44,020 bases of DNA. Source: Gammaproteobacteria bacterium. GTDB lineage: Bacteria > Pseudomonadota > Gammaproteobacteria > Pseudomonadales > Halieaceae. The DNA is taken from NCBI GenBank assembly GCA_027295405.1, contig JAPUKZ010000073.1, positions 1 to 44,020 on the forward strand. Reading direction: 5' to 3'. Every line of letters begins with the position of its first letter. Position 1 is the stretch's first letter. Position numbers and translations under genes: made by a program. The notes under the pieces were generated by a model. It saw only the letters and a list, made by a program, of their open reading frames with translations, searched no databases and was not told the origin of the DNA. Shown piece after piece: positions 26,334-35,743 of the stretch.

Positions 26334-28235
26334 TTATCCGTCGAGTTGCTCCCAGCGCTGGTAGGCTGTATCCAGTTCTGCCTGCAAGTCGGAGAGCTCC
26401 TTGAGCGTTGCCTCCGTGAGCGCGTAATCCTGCTGGTAGAAATCCGGAGCTGATACCTGCGCCTGCAGTTCGACTTGCCGGCTTTCCAGTGACTCGATGC
26501 GCGCCGGCAGGGCATCCAACTCCCGTTGGTCCTGGTACGACAGTTTTTCCCCCGCGGGTGAGGCGCCCGGGGTTTGCGGTTGTTTTGTCGAGGTCGCCTG
26601 GGTGCTGGCCTGTTCCGAGGACCTGGGACGCCGTTTCCGTTTATCTTCCAGACCGATCAGCTTGCCGCCGTGTTCAGTCCAGTTGCTGTAGCCGCCCACA
26701 TGTTCACTGATGCTGCCGTCTCCCTCCAGTACCAGAATACTGGTTACCACGTTGTCCATAAACTCACGGTCGTGGCTGACCAGCAACACCGTGCCCTTGA
26801 ACTGCAACAGGATTTCCTCCAGCAGCTCCAGGGTCTCCACATCCAGGTCGTTGGTGGGTTCGTCCAACACCAGTAAATTGGCGGGTTTGCTGAATAGTTT
26901 GGCGAGAATGGCGCGGCTCTGTTCACCACCAGAGAGGGCCTTTACCGGTGTGCGCACCCGATCCGGGCTGAACAGGAAATCCCCCAGGTAGGAAATGGCG
27001 TGGCGCCGTTTGCCGTCCAGTTCGATAAATTCCTGGCCGTCACAGACATTGTCGATCAGATTTTTTTCCGGATCCAGATGGGCGCGCAACTGGTCGAAGT
27101 AGGCGAATTCCAGCTTGCTGCCCAGTTTGACCTTGCCCTCATCCGGGACCAGTTCTCCCAGCAGGATCTTGAGCAGGGTAGACTTGCCGGCACCGTTGGC
27201 GCCGATGATGCCAATGCGGTCGCCGCGAGTGACCAGGGTGGAGAAATCCCTTATCACGGTTTCACCATCGAAACCATGGCTGACATGTTCAAGCTCGACA
27301 ACCCGTTTGCCGGATCGATCAGCCGTTTCCAATTTGAAATCAGCCTTGCCGGTTTTTTCCCTGCGATCGCTGCGCTCCACCCGCATGGCCTTGAGTGCAC
27401 GCACTCGCCCTTCATTGCGGGTGCGGCGCGCCTTGATACCCTGGCGAATCCACTTTTCTTCTTCTGCCAGACGCTTGTCAAACAGGGTGTTCTCACGCTC
27501 CTCTGCGGCCAGTTGTTGATCGCGGAAGCGCAGAAATCCCAGATAATCACCCTCCCAGCTGCGCAGCCTGCCTCGATCCAGCTCAATGATGGTATTGGCC
27601 AGGTGTTGCAGAAATGCCCGGTCGTGGGTGATGAAGATGATGGCGCCCGGATAGCTTTGTAGTTGCTGCTCCAGCCATTCGATGGCGGGTATGTCCAGGT
27701 GGTTGGTGGGCTCGTCGAGCAGCAGAATGTCGGGCTCTCCCACCAGCGCTTTGCCCAGTGCCACCCGTCGCCTCCAACCGCCTGACAGGGACGACATTTT
27801 TGCGTCACCGGGCAATCGCAGTTGCGTGATCACAGTTTCCACCCGCTGTTGCAGGCGCCAGCCATCTTTGGCTTCCAACTCCGTCTGTGCCCTGGCCAGG
27901 CCATCCATGTCGCCCTCGGTTATACAGTGGTGGTAACGGGTCAGCAGATCACCCACTTCCGCAAGACCATGGGCGACCACGTCATACACATCTTGCTCGT
28001 CGCCAGGGGGTAGAGACTGGTCCAGATACGCTATCCTGGTACCCGGGCGCAGCCAGCGTTCACCGGACTCCGCTGAGATCTCAGCGTTTATCAGCTTCAT
28101 CAGGGTGGTTTTACCGGTGCCATTGCGACCCAGCAGGCCGATACGGTTGCCCGCGCGTACGCTGAACTCCACTTGGTCCAGAATAACCTGGGTTCCAAAG
28201 TTGAGTGAGACTTTGTCGAGTTTGAGCAGGGGCAT
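26334..28235 (-). CDS. uup: ABC-F family ATPase Uup
   Basis: Two ABC cassettes (GRNGTGKTT/LSGGWRRR and GANGAGKST/LSGGEQSR), no TM domain, and a C-terminal coiled-coil tail. 633 aa. Confidence 0.92.
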   Translation of the reverse strand: MPLLKLDKVSLNFGTQVILDQVEFSVRAGNRIGLLGRNGTGKTTLMKLINAEISAESGERWLRPGTRIAYLDQSLPPGDEQDVYDVVAHGLAEVGDLLTRYHHCITEGDMDGLARAQTELEAKDGWRLQQRVETVITQLRLPGDAKMSSLSGGWRRRVALGKALVGEPDILLLDEPTNHLDIPAIEWLEQQLQSYPGAIIFITHDRAFLQHLANTIIELDRGRLRSWEGDYLGFLRFRDQQLAAEERENTLFDKRLAEEEKWIRQGIKARRTRNEGRVRALKAMRVERSDRREKTGKADFKLETADRSGKRVVELEHVSHGFDGETVIRDFSTLVTRGDRIGIIGANGAGKSTLLKILLGELVPDEGKVKLGSKLEFAYFDQLRAHLDPEKNLIDNVCDGQEFIELDGKRRHAISYLGDFLFSPDRVRTPVKALSGGEQSRAILAKLFSKPANLLVLDEPTNDLDVETLELLEEILLQFKGTVLLVSHDREFMDNVVTSILVLEGDGSISEHVGGYSNWTEHGGKLIGLEDKRKRRPRSSEQASTQATSTKQPQTPGASPAGEKLSYQDQRELDALPARIESLESRQVELQAQVSAPDFYQQDYALTEATLKELSDLQAELDTAYQRWEQLDG

Positions 28236-28261
28236 ATGAGGTCAGGTCGAGTTGGATCGCG

Positions 28262-28291
28262 ATTGTACAGTAAAAAATTGTACAGCAAAAA
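28262..28291. repeat. 2 x 15-bp tandem duplication (ATTGTACAG[T/C]AAAAA) in the uup/SDR divergent promoter region
   Basis: Read directly. On the minus strand each unit presents TACAAT, a -10-like hexamer, 27 and 42 nt upstream of the uup ATG. Confidence 0.6.
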
Positions 28292-28501
28292 ATGGGGCGG
28301 CCAATACAAAGGGGCGTAGCCGACCCCCGATGCGGGTGCCGGGGTAGTGGGTATGAGCTTGAATCGGCATCAGAATGATACAAATCAGAGTATTATCGGG
28401 ACAAAACTGGCCGCAAGCTGCAACTACTTGGCCGCTGTGGTTATGGACGACTTCTGTGCTCCGCGCTACTCTGCGGGCCATACGACGGTGAGGTGAGCAG
28501 C

Positions 28502-29278
28502 ATGGCATTTCAAGGTAAATCAGCGTTGGTGACCGGTGGCGGTAGCGGCATGGGTCGCCTGGCGGCGCAACAGTTTGCAGCCGCGGGGGCACATGTGGCC
28601 ATTCTGGACGTGAATGAGGCGGGCCTGCAGGAAACGGCTGCCGGCAACGACAAGATTCACCCCTATGTGGTGGATATTACGGATTTTGATGCGGTAAGCC
28701 GCGCGGTCAACGAATTTGAAGCTGCCCACGGTCCCCTGGACCGGGTTTACAACTGTGCGGCCATCATGCCTTTTGGTCGACTGCTGGAGCAGGACCCGAG
28801 CCTGACCAACAAGCTGATGTCGATCAACTACGGTGGCCTGGTGTGTGTAGCACGGGCCACGGTGCCGGGTATGGTAGAACGCGGTAGCGGTGAGTTTGCC
28901 AGTTTTGCGTCCATGTCCGGCATCATTCCCAGTCTGCTGATGGGCGGCTATAACGCCAGCAAGGCGGCGGTTGTAGCCTATACCGAAGTGCTGTGGCACG
29001 AGAACCGCGATAGCGGTGTAAAGTTTGTCTGCGTTTGCCCGCCTGCGGTGGCAACACCTTTGCTAAACCAGGGCAAGGAATCCACCTGGCCTAAGTTGAT
29101 GCAGCAATCTGAAGGAGAGGAGTTGGCGCCTGAAACCGTGTTGGCGGCGGTAGAACGTGATCTGGGGAAAAGTAAATTTTGGTGCATGGTAACAGGCCAG
29201 GCCAAACTCGGCTGGTTCATGCGGCGCTTCTTCCCCAATCTTGTATGGAACAACATCCACAAGGTTGAAGGCTGGTGA
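28502..29278 (+). CDS. SDR family oxidoreductase
   Basis: ALVTGGGSGMGR (TGxxxGxG) and the YNASK catalytic YxxxK. ATG 28502 follows GGTGAGG; an alternative GTG is at 28493. Confidence 0.88.
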   Translation: MAFQGKSALVTGGGSGMGRLAAQQFAAAGAHVAILDVNEAGLQETAAGNDKIHPYVVDITDFDAVSRAVNEFEAAHGPLDRVYNCAAIMPFGRLLEQDPSLTNKLMSINYGGLVCVARATVPGMVERGSGEFASFASMSGIIPSLLMGGYNASKAAVVAYTEVLWHENRDSGVKFVCVCPPAVATPLLNQGKESTWPKLMQQSEGEELAPETVLAAVERDLGKSKFWCMVTGQAKLGWFMRRFFPNLVWNNIHKVEGW

Positions 29279-29288
29279 CGCGGGTGGG

Positions 29289-30104
29289 CTAGCGCAGGGC
29301 TGCCAGTAAGGGCTGCAATCCTTCCACTTCCTGTAGAAACTGCGCGGCATGCTGATAGCTCACAGCGTGGACCAGATGGGTAACCCCTGCGGTCTCGTAG
29401 GTAGCGCACAGTGCCTGAGCCTGGTCCACATCATTGAGAGGTAGTTGCCCAAAAGTCACTATCTCCGGCGTGGCCAGTCCCAGTTCTGCCGCTCGATCCC
29501 GGTATTCGCTGATGTTGTCGGCGATCGCTTCCGGCCCCTTTCCTATCGGTATCCAACCGTCGCCATAACGCAGGGCGCGCTCTATGGCATGGTCAGCGCC
29601 ACCACCAATGTAGATGGGCGGTGCGGCTGGGCGGGGGCGAAACAGGAACTCCTGGTCATTCTCAGTGACCAGATCATTGGCGAAACAGCGCTTCAGAAAC
29701 TCAAGCGTTTTATCGGTAATCTGCCCCCGCTGTTCCCGCGCAACGCCCAGGGCCTGAAACTCCGCTGGCATCCAGCCCACCCCGGCACCCAGTAACAGGC
29801 GCCCCTCAGACAGGGCCTGCAGGGTGGCGATCCACTTGGCGGTGGGCAGGGCCGGGCGGTAGGGCAACACCAGCACCCCGGTACCCAGGGCGATACGCTC
29901 GGTGCATGCCGCCACAAAACACAGTGACGCCAGGGGGTCGTAATAGATTCCATCAGAACCCTCCGCGTCATCCGGGGGAATGGCGACATGATCAAACACC
30001 CACAGGGAATCGAAACCGGCGGCTTCGGCCCCCTGGGCACACTGTATGAAATTGCTGCGGTTGGCGGCTGGGCCTGAGTTGCGCAGGCTGATTCCGATTT
30101 TCAT
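29289..30104 (-). CDS. Luciferase-like (LLM class) flavin/F420-dependent oxidoreductase
   Basis: MKIGISLRNSG...AEAAGFDSLWVFDHV is a typical LLM N-terminus. 271 aa. GGAG precedes the ATG. Confidence 0.8.
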   Translation of the reverse strand: MKIGISLRNSGPAANRSNFIQCAQGAEAAGFDSLWVFDHVAIPPDDAEGSDGIYYDPLASLCFVAACTERIALGTGVLVLPYRPALPTAKWIATLQALSEGRLLLGAGVGWMPAEFQALGVAREQRGQITDKTLEFLKRCFANDLVTENDQEFLFRPRPAAPPIYIGGGADHAIERALRYGDGWIPIGKGPEAIADNISEYRDRAAELGLATPEIVTFGQLPLNDVDQAQALCATYETAGVTHLVHAVSYQHAAQFLQEVEGLQPLLAALR

Positions 30105-30222
30105 GGGTCACACTCCAGGGGATTTAACTCCAGTCTAGTTCATGCACGGGTGACGGTGGCTACGGAACGCCTGGATGAGATAGTCTAAACTGCAAAGTAA
30201 CTTCTATCGTGACCGGATTCCG

Positions 30223-31617
30223 ATGAGCCGATTATCTCTGCTTGATCTCGCCTTCTTCCTCACCGAATCGGAGCAAAGCCCCAAGCACGTGGCGGGGTTG
30301 CTGATATTCAAAAAGCCACCGGGCAGCGCCAGTACCTGGGTGCACAAACTGGCCGAGGAGTTTGGCGGTTTCGATTCGCCGCGGGCACCCTTCAACCAGG
30401 TTGTGGAGTTTCGCGCGCTGGGCGGCCCCCGTTGGCGCACGGTGGAGAACTTTTCCATTAATGAACACCTGTTCTACCACAACCCTGAGAAAATACTCAG
30501 TGAACGGGAGTTGTTCGCCTACTGTGCCGAACTGCACGAACCGCTGATGGACCGGGATAAGCCCATGTGGGAGTTCCACATCATCGACCGGGTCGCCGGT
30601 GGGCGGTTTGCGGTCTACTCGAAAATGCACCATGCCTACGCCGACGGTGTCACCATGTCGCGCTGGACCATGAACGCACTGAGTGAGACTGCGACGGCGA
30701 AGAAACTGAAAGCAATCTGGATGCCGGAGCCCAGAACCGAGCGGGAAATTGAGGAGGCGAGTGACAGCCAGGAACAGTTGTTCGACCGGGTCATTCGCAG
30801 TTCGCGGCAGTGGCGACAGATTGTGCGCGGGATTGGCAAGCTGGTGGCGCAACTGGCGCTGGAACAGTTCGGCCTGACCAAGAATGCCGTGGCCATTCCC
30901 TTCAAGGCGACAGGAGAGTCGCCCCTGACCGGCGAGGTCAGTGCCGGGCGCCAGTTTGCCACCGCCCATGTGTCCATGGATCACATCAAGAAGTTGCGCG
31001 CCTCCACCCGCTGCACCCTGAACCATATTGCCCTGACCTGCATCGATGGTGCCTTGCGGCGTTATTTGAAGGACCACGATATCGAGCTGGAGCGTCCGCT
31101 CAGTATCCAGATGCCGATCAATCTGCGGGACGAAAACCAGGCTATCAGCGGCAATATGATCGGCATTGTGCTGGTGGAGTTGGCGCCGGAGGACAGTGAC
31201 CCCTATACCCGGCTGCGGGAAATCGGTTTTACCCTGCGCAGCGTACGCAACCAGATTGACGGCGTTCCCTCCATTGCCGTGGCCCAATATACCGCGGTGC
31301 TGGCGGTGTTGATCGAGCTGATGCAGCTGTTCAAGTTGCACAAGCGCCTGCCGGCGATTGCCGATACCCTGGTCTCCAATGTGCCGGGTCCCACTCGGCC
31401 CCGGTACATGAAGGGTGCCAAACTGGAGCAAATGCTGCCTATCAGTACCCTGCCTCCGGGCAACCAGCTCAATATCACCCTCTACAGTTATGCGGGGACA
31501 TTGCATTTTGGTTTGGTTGCCACCCGCGAGATGGGTAAACTCGAAGACCTGGCCAGCTATATTGAAGTGGCGTTTGAAGAACTGGAAGAGGCGGTATTCG
31601 AACCGCAGACCCCGTAG
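30223..31617 (+). CDS. Wax ester synthase/acyl-CoA:diacylglycerol acyltransferase (WS/DGAT)
   Basis: HHAYADG (the HHxxxDG active site), N-terminal LSLLDLAFFLTES, a C-terminal NVPGP motif, and 464 aa. Confidence 0.9.
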   Translation: MSRLSLLDLAFFLTESEQSPKHVAGLLIFKKPPGSASTWVHKLAEEFGGFDSPRAPFNQVVEFRALGGPRWRTVENFSINEHLFYHNPEKILSERELFAYCAELHEPLMDRDKPMWEFHIIDRVAGGRFAVYSKMHHAYADGVTMSRWTMNALSETATAKKLKAIWMPEPRTEREIEEASDSQEQLFDRVIRSSRQWRQIVRGIGKLVAQLALEQFGLTKNAVAIPFKATGESPLTGEVSAGRQFATAHVSMDHIKKLRASTRCTLNHIALTCIDGALRRYLKDHDIELERPLSIQMPINLRDENQAISGNMIGIVLVELAPEDSDPYTRLREIGFTLRSVRNQIDGVPSIAVAQYTAVLAVLIELMQLFKLHKRLPAIADTLVSNVPGPTRPRYMKGAKLEQMLPISTLPPGNQLNITLYSYAGTLHFGLVATREMGKLEDLASYIEVAFEELEEAVFEPQTP

Positions 31618-31645
31618 TCGAAAAACGTAAAGCAGGAGTATTTCC

Positions 31646-32599
31646 ATGCGCACAATGAAGATCGGTCTCGGACTGGCACTGCTGTGCTGCCCGCTGGCGC
31701 AGGCACACGATATACCCTCGGCGCCGGAGCCCATGCAGCTCGATGCGCTGTTGTCGGCCGTTGGCTGGAGCTACGATACCGAGGTAGAGACTCAGAGCCT
31801 GGCGGAGGGTTTCTACGTGCTGTTCGGCGTGGGCGGCAATGTATTGGTCTCCTCCGGCGCTGACGGTGTAATAATGGTGGATGACCAGTTCCCGAAAATG
31901 GTGCCCAAGTTAAAGCAGGCCATGCGCAAGATGGGGGATCGGAATGTAGATTTCGTGATTACTACCCACTGGCACTTCGACCATGCAGATGGTAACCAGG
32001 TGCTGGGCAAGAAGGACGTCTGGCTGGTATCACAAATCAATTCCCGCAGGATGATGCAACGTGACAACGTGATCAATATGGTGAGCCTGGCCTATCGGCA
32101 AGAACCCTACCCGGCGCATGCCCTGCCGGGTATCACCTTCGACCAGCGCATGCAGTTTCACCTGAATGGTGAGCGTATCGATCTGCTGCACTTCGGCCCG
32201 GCCCACACCACCGGTGATACCGCCGTCATCTTTCGCGGCCAGAACGCGGTGCACATGGGCGATGTGTTCAACAATGCGGGTTACCCCTTTATCGATGCCG
32301 ACAATGGCGGCAGTCTCGATGGGCTCATTGCTTTCTGTGAGGCGGTACTCGCGGAAATTGACGAGGACACCACGGTGGTGCCGGGACACGGAGCAGTCGC
32401 CACCCATGCGGAAATGCAGAACTACGTTCACATGTTAAAAACCGTGAGGGGAGAAATGTTGGTGCTGATCAGGCAGGGTAAGTCACTGGCGGAAATCCAG
32501 GCGGCGGGCATCACCGCTACCTGGGATGAGAAAATGGGTGATCCGGACTCATTCCTGAACCGGGCCTACGTCAGCCTCACCCACAAAGCCGTACCCTGA
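31646..32599 (+). CDS. Secreted MBL-fold metallo-hydrolase
   Basis: Signal peptide ending LAQA|HD, and THWHFDHADG (the HxHxDH motif). AGGAG precedes the ATG. Confidence 0.85.
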   Translation: MRTMKIGLGLALLCCPLAQAHDIPSAPEPMQLDALLSAVGWSYDTEVETQSLAEGFYVLFGVGGNVLVSSGADGVIMVDDQFPKMVPKLKQAMRKMGDRNVDFVITTHWHFDHADGNQVLGKKDVWLVSQINSRRMMQRDNVINMVSLAYRQEPYPAHALPGITFDQRMQFHLNGERIDLLHFGPAHTTGDTAVIFRGQNAVHMGDVFNNAGYPFIDADNGGSLDGLIAFCEAVLAEIDEDTTVVPGHGAVATHAEMQNYVHMLKTVRGEMLVLIRQGKSLAEIQAAGITATWDEKMGDPDSFLNRAYVSLTHKAVP

Positions 32600-32738
32600 G
32601 TGAGCAGTAAAACAGCGCAGCTGTGTAGTTGCGTGGTAGCCTACAAGCCGTCCCGTATCAGCGGTATCTCCTCGTCGTTGGCTGGCAGGGGAAAGCTGGT
32701 GCCGTCCTGACGCTGTTTTCCCAAGAAGGATAAAAAAG

Positions 32739-33192
32739 ATGGCCCTACCAGAACGCCTGCTGCTTACCGGCGCCACCGGTTCACCCTATACCCGCAAGAT
32801 GGTCGCCTTGATGCGCTATCGTCATATTGCCCACAGCATCTTATGGGGCGACCCGGCGCAGCTTGAGGAACGCGGGCTGCCCAAGCCGAAGGTGGCGCTG
32901 CACCCTACGTTCTTTTTCCCGGACGAGAATGGCGAATTGGAGGCGGTAGTCGATTCCACGCCGATCATTCGGCGACTGGAGCAGGAGCAGGCTGGCCGGT
33001 GATGAATTCAGGGAAACCGAGATCGACGGTGGGTCCTGGAGCCAGAATACCTTCCCCTATCAGGGCAAGTGCCTGCAGTGGATAAAACAGGAATACCAGG
33101 CCCTGGGAGGGGCCGACAAAGCCCGGGTCGACCAGGTACTGGCCGGAACTGGTTGCGAGGCACTACTACAAGAGTGGCTGGTACAAGAGTAG
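32739..33192 (+). pseudogene. GST-like (thioredoxin-fold N-terminal domain) gene with a large internal deletion
   Basis: The N-terminal 87 codons (TGATGSPYTRKMVALMRYRHI...TPIIRRLEQEQAGR) stop at a double TGA (33000-33005). A +1-frame tail (33007-33192, ...SWSQNTFPYQGKCLQWIKQEYQAL...GTGCEALL) looks like the C-terminus of the same roughly 300-aa family (from memory). Confidence 0.5.
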
Positions 33193-33288
33193 CTTGCGCG
33201 AGCCGTGGTACCCCAACGGCAGTATGGCGCGACCTTTAAAGAATTCAATTAACCCGTAATAAATCGCCCCGCGTAGAGAGAGTTTCCC

Positions 33289-34497
33289 ATGGATCTGGCC
33301 TATAGCCCCCCCTACCAGCAATTTCGTCAGGAAGTGCAGGATTTTCTTGAAAAGCATCGCCAGCTGTGGCCACCGCGATCATCGCTGGGCAAGCCCTCCG
33401 CGGCGATGAAGAACTGGCAAGCATTGCTTATTGAACAGGGTTACACGGCGCGCACCATACCCGCAGAGTACGGCGGTTACGGCGGCGAGCCGGATATTCT
33501 GAAGTCGCGCATTATTGCCGAGGAATTTACCCGCGCCGGCGCACCGGGCGGTCTCGCCGGGCAGGGCGTTTCCATGCTGGTGCCGACCCTGCTGGAGATG
33601 GGCAGCGAAGAGCAGAAGAAACACTGGATCCCGAGGACCCTCAGCGGCGAGGTACTGTGGTGTCAGGGTTACTCGGAACCGGGGGCGGGCTCGGATCTTG
33701 CCAGCCTGCAGACCCGGGCTACAGAGGACGGGGAGGACTTTATTATCAACGGCCAGAAGATCTGGACCAGTACCGCCCATGAGGCAGATATGATTTTCTG
33801 TCTGGTACGCACCGAGCCCGATGCCCCCAGACACCAGGGTATCAGTTACCTGTTGTTCTCCATGGATACCCCGGGTATCGAGGTGCGCCCACTGCAGACC
33901 ATGACCGGGTTAGCGGAGTTCAACGAGGTGTTCTTCACCGACGTGCGTGTGCCCATGCACAGCATTGTTGGCGAGCGCGGCCAGGGCTGGCAGGTGGCCA
34001 ACGCCACCCTCAAACACGAGCGTGGCATGTTGGGAGATCCCGACATCGCGGCTACGCGGCTGAACGCGATTGTGCAGCTGATGCAGGAGGAAACCGTTGA
34101 CGGCACCCGCCTGATGGAAAACCCGCTATTGCGTGATCGCCTGCTACAGCTGCAGTCCCGGGTGCTGGCCATGCAATTTAATGGCCTGCGCTTGCTGACG
34201 GCGCAGATTCAGGGTGCAGATCCCGGCATCGCCCGGCTGATCGTCAAATTGCAGGGCTGTGAATTGAACCACCAGCTCGCCGCACTGGCGATCGATGCGC
34301 TGGGAGAGTTGGGTATCCTGTACCAGGATAGCCCGCGTCTGCGTAACAAGGGTGCCTGGCAGCGCAGTTATATGTTTGACCTGGGGCTGATCATTGGCGG
34401 CGGTACTGCCCAGATCCAGAAGAATATTATTTCCGAAATAGGTCTGGGTATGCCCCGCGAACCGAAACCGGCTGCGGCAAGTGGGGGGGCTCGCTAA
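33289..34497 (+). CDS. Acyl-CoA dehydrogenase family protein (likely FAD-binding alpha-type subunit)
   Basis: QGYSEPGAGSDLASL motif and C-terminal GGGTAQIQKNIISE. The stop overlaps the next ACAD start (TAATG). Confidence 0.88.
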   Translation: MDLAYSPPYQQFRQEVQDFLEKHRQLWPPRSSLGKPSAAMKNWQALLIEQGYTARTIPAEYGGYGGEPDILKSRIIAEEFTRAGAPGGLAGQGVSMLVPTLLEMGSEEQKKHWIPRTLSGEVLWCQGYSEPGAGSDLASLQTRATEDGEDFIINGQKIWTSTAHEADMIFCLVRTEPDAPRHQGISYLLFSMDTPGIEVRPLQTMTGLAEFNEVFFTDVRVPMHSIVGERGQGWQVANATLKHERGMLGDPDIAATRLNAIVQLMQEETVDGTRLMENPLLRDRLLQLQSRVLAMQFNGLRLLTAQIQGADPGIARLIVKLQGCELNHQLAALAIDALGELGILYQDSPRLRNKGAWQRSYMFDLGLIIGGGTAQIQKNIISEIGLGMPREPKPAAASGGAR

Positions 34498-35579
34498 TGG
34501 AATTCGCTCTCAGCGAAGAACAACTGATGATGCAAGATAGCGTGACGCGCTATCTTGCAGACCGGGCCACCCTGGATACGGTACGCGGGCTGATCGCAGC
34601 TGGCCCTGTGCACGATGCCGGGCTTTGGAGCGGGCTTGCCGGGTTGGGTATTTGCGGTTTGCTGGTGCCCCAGGAATACGGCGGCGCCGGGATGACCCTG
34701 CTCGATGCGATGCTGGTTCAGGAAGTTCTGGGCCGGCATGTGGTACCGGTGTCTTTTATACCCACCAGTGTACTGGCCCCGTTGGCGCTATTGGCGGCTG
34801 GCACTGCGGAACAAAAGCAAAAATGGTTACCCGCTATTGCTGAGGGGCGAATGCAGGTGGCCGTGGGGCTGAGTGAGGCCTGTGGAGCCCGTGATGGTGC
34901 CGGCGTGACGGTAGCCGGTGCTAAGCTCAGTGGCCGTGCCCTGTTTGTGCTGGGTGCGGCGGATGCGGCTATAACCCTGTTGTGCAGTAGTGAAGGTGAT
35001 GTGTACGCGGTGGAGCAGGGCGCCGCTGGATTGGAACGTACCAGTCTGCGCAGTATCGATGATACCCAATGCCTGGGTGAACTGAATCTGCACGACGTCA
35101 CCGCTGAATTGCTGCCCGCAGGCGAAGAGGATGTGATACCGCGGCTGCTCGACGCCGGTCGAGTCATGTTGGCCGCCGATATCCTGGGCGCCGCCCAGAA
35201 AATGCTTGAACTGGCCGTCGCTTATTCGCTGGAGCGAAAACAGTTCAATCGGTTAATAGGTTCCTTCCAGGCGGTGAAACACCTGTGTGCGGAGATGGCG
35301 GCCGAGCTGGAACCTTGCCGCTCACTGGTCTGGTATGCGGCCCACGCTTACGATGCAGTCCCGGAAGAAAGCCGGCTGATGGCCTGTCACGCCAAGGCGC
35401 ACCTGGCCGAGGTTGGTCGCTTCGTGGCGCGGTCGTCTACCGAAGTTCACGGTGGTATGGGCTTTACCGATCTACTGGGGCTGCACTACTGGTTCAAGCG
35501 TATTGGCTGCAACCGGCAGTTACTGGGTGGCCCCGAACGGGTACGGGAAGAGGCGGCGCGGGTACAGGGCTGGATCTAG
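34497..35579 (+). CDS. Acyl-CoA dehydrogenase family protein (degenerate, beta-type subunit suspected)
   Basis: ACAD-like throughout (QEYGGAGMTLLDAMLV, STEVHGGMGFT), but the SEPxAGSD motif is degenerate (SEACGARDGAG). Translationally coupled to the previous ACAD. Confidence 0.8.
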   Translation: MEFALSEEQLMMQDSVTRYLADRATLDTVRGLIAAGPVHDAGLWSGLAGLGICGLLVPQEYGGAGMTLLDAMLVQEVLGRHVVPVSFIPTSVLAPLALLAAGTAEQKQKWLPAIAEGRMQVAVGLSEACGARDGAGVTVAGAKLSGRALFVLGAADAAITLLCSSEGDVYAVEQGAAGLERTSLRSIDDTQCLGELNLHDVTAELLPAGEEDVIPRLLDAGRVMLAADILGAAQKMLELAVAYSLERKQFNRLIGSFQAVKHLCAEMAAELEPCRSLVWYAAHAYDAVPEESRLMACHAKAHLAEVGRFVARSSTEVHGGMGFTDLLGLHYWFKRIGCNRQLLGGPERVREEAARVQGWI

Positions 35580-35743
35580 GCTGGCAACAAGCCCCGATTG
35601 CTGGCCCCGGCTCGGAAGGGCCATGGGGTTGGTGCCGCGAGGGCGTGAATTGGCCCCATTTCTGGCTGCTTAGGCGCGAATGCTAGAGCCAAACGCCAGG
35701 TCAGCGTCTAAGCTTAGCGGACAAGTCGAATAAGGACAGTCTC

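Noticed and set aside
30232-31734. A 500-aa ORF on the minus strand covering the whole WS/DGAT gene.
   Set aside because: The plus-strand product has the HHxxxDG site and full-length family resemblance. The antisense translation is rich in Q/H/R/G/L, has no motifs, and is typical of a shadow ORF in GC-rich DNA.
32610-32722. Distant complementary 9-mers, AAAACAGCG and CGCTGTTTT, about 100 nt apart downstream of the MBL gene.
   Set aside because: The match is short, with a long unstructured interval. This is compatible with chance, and there is no T-tract or other terminator feature.
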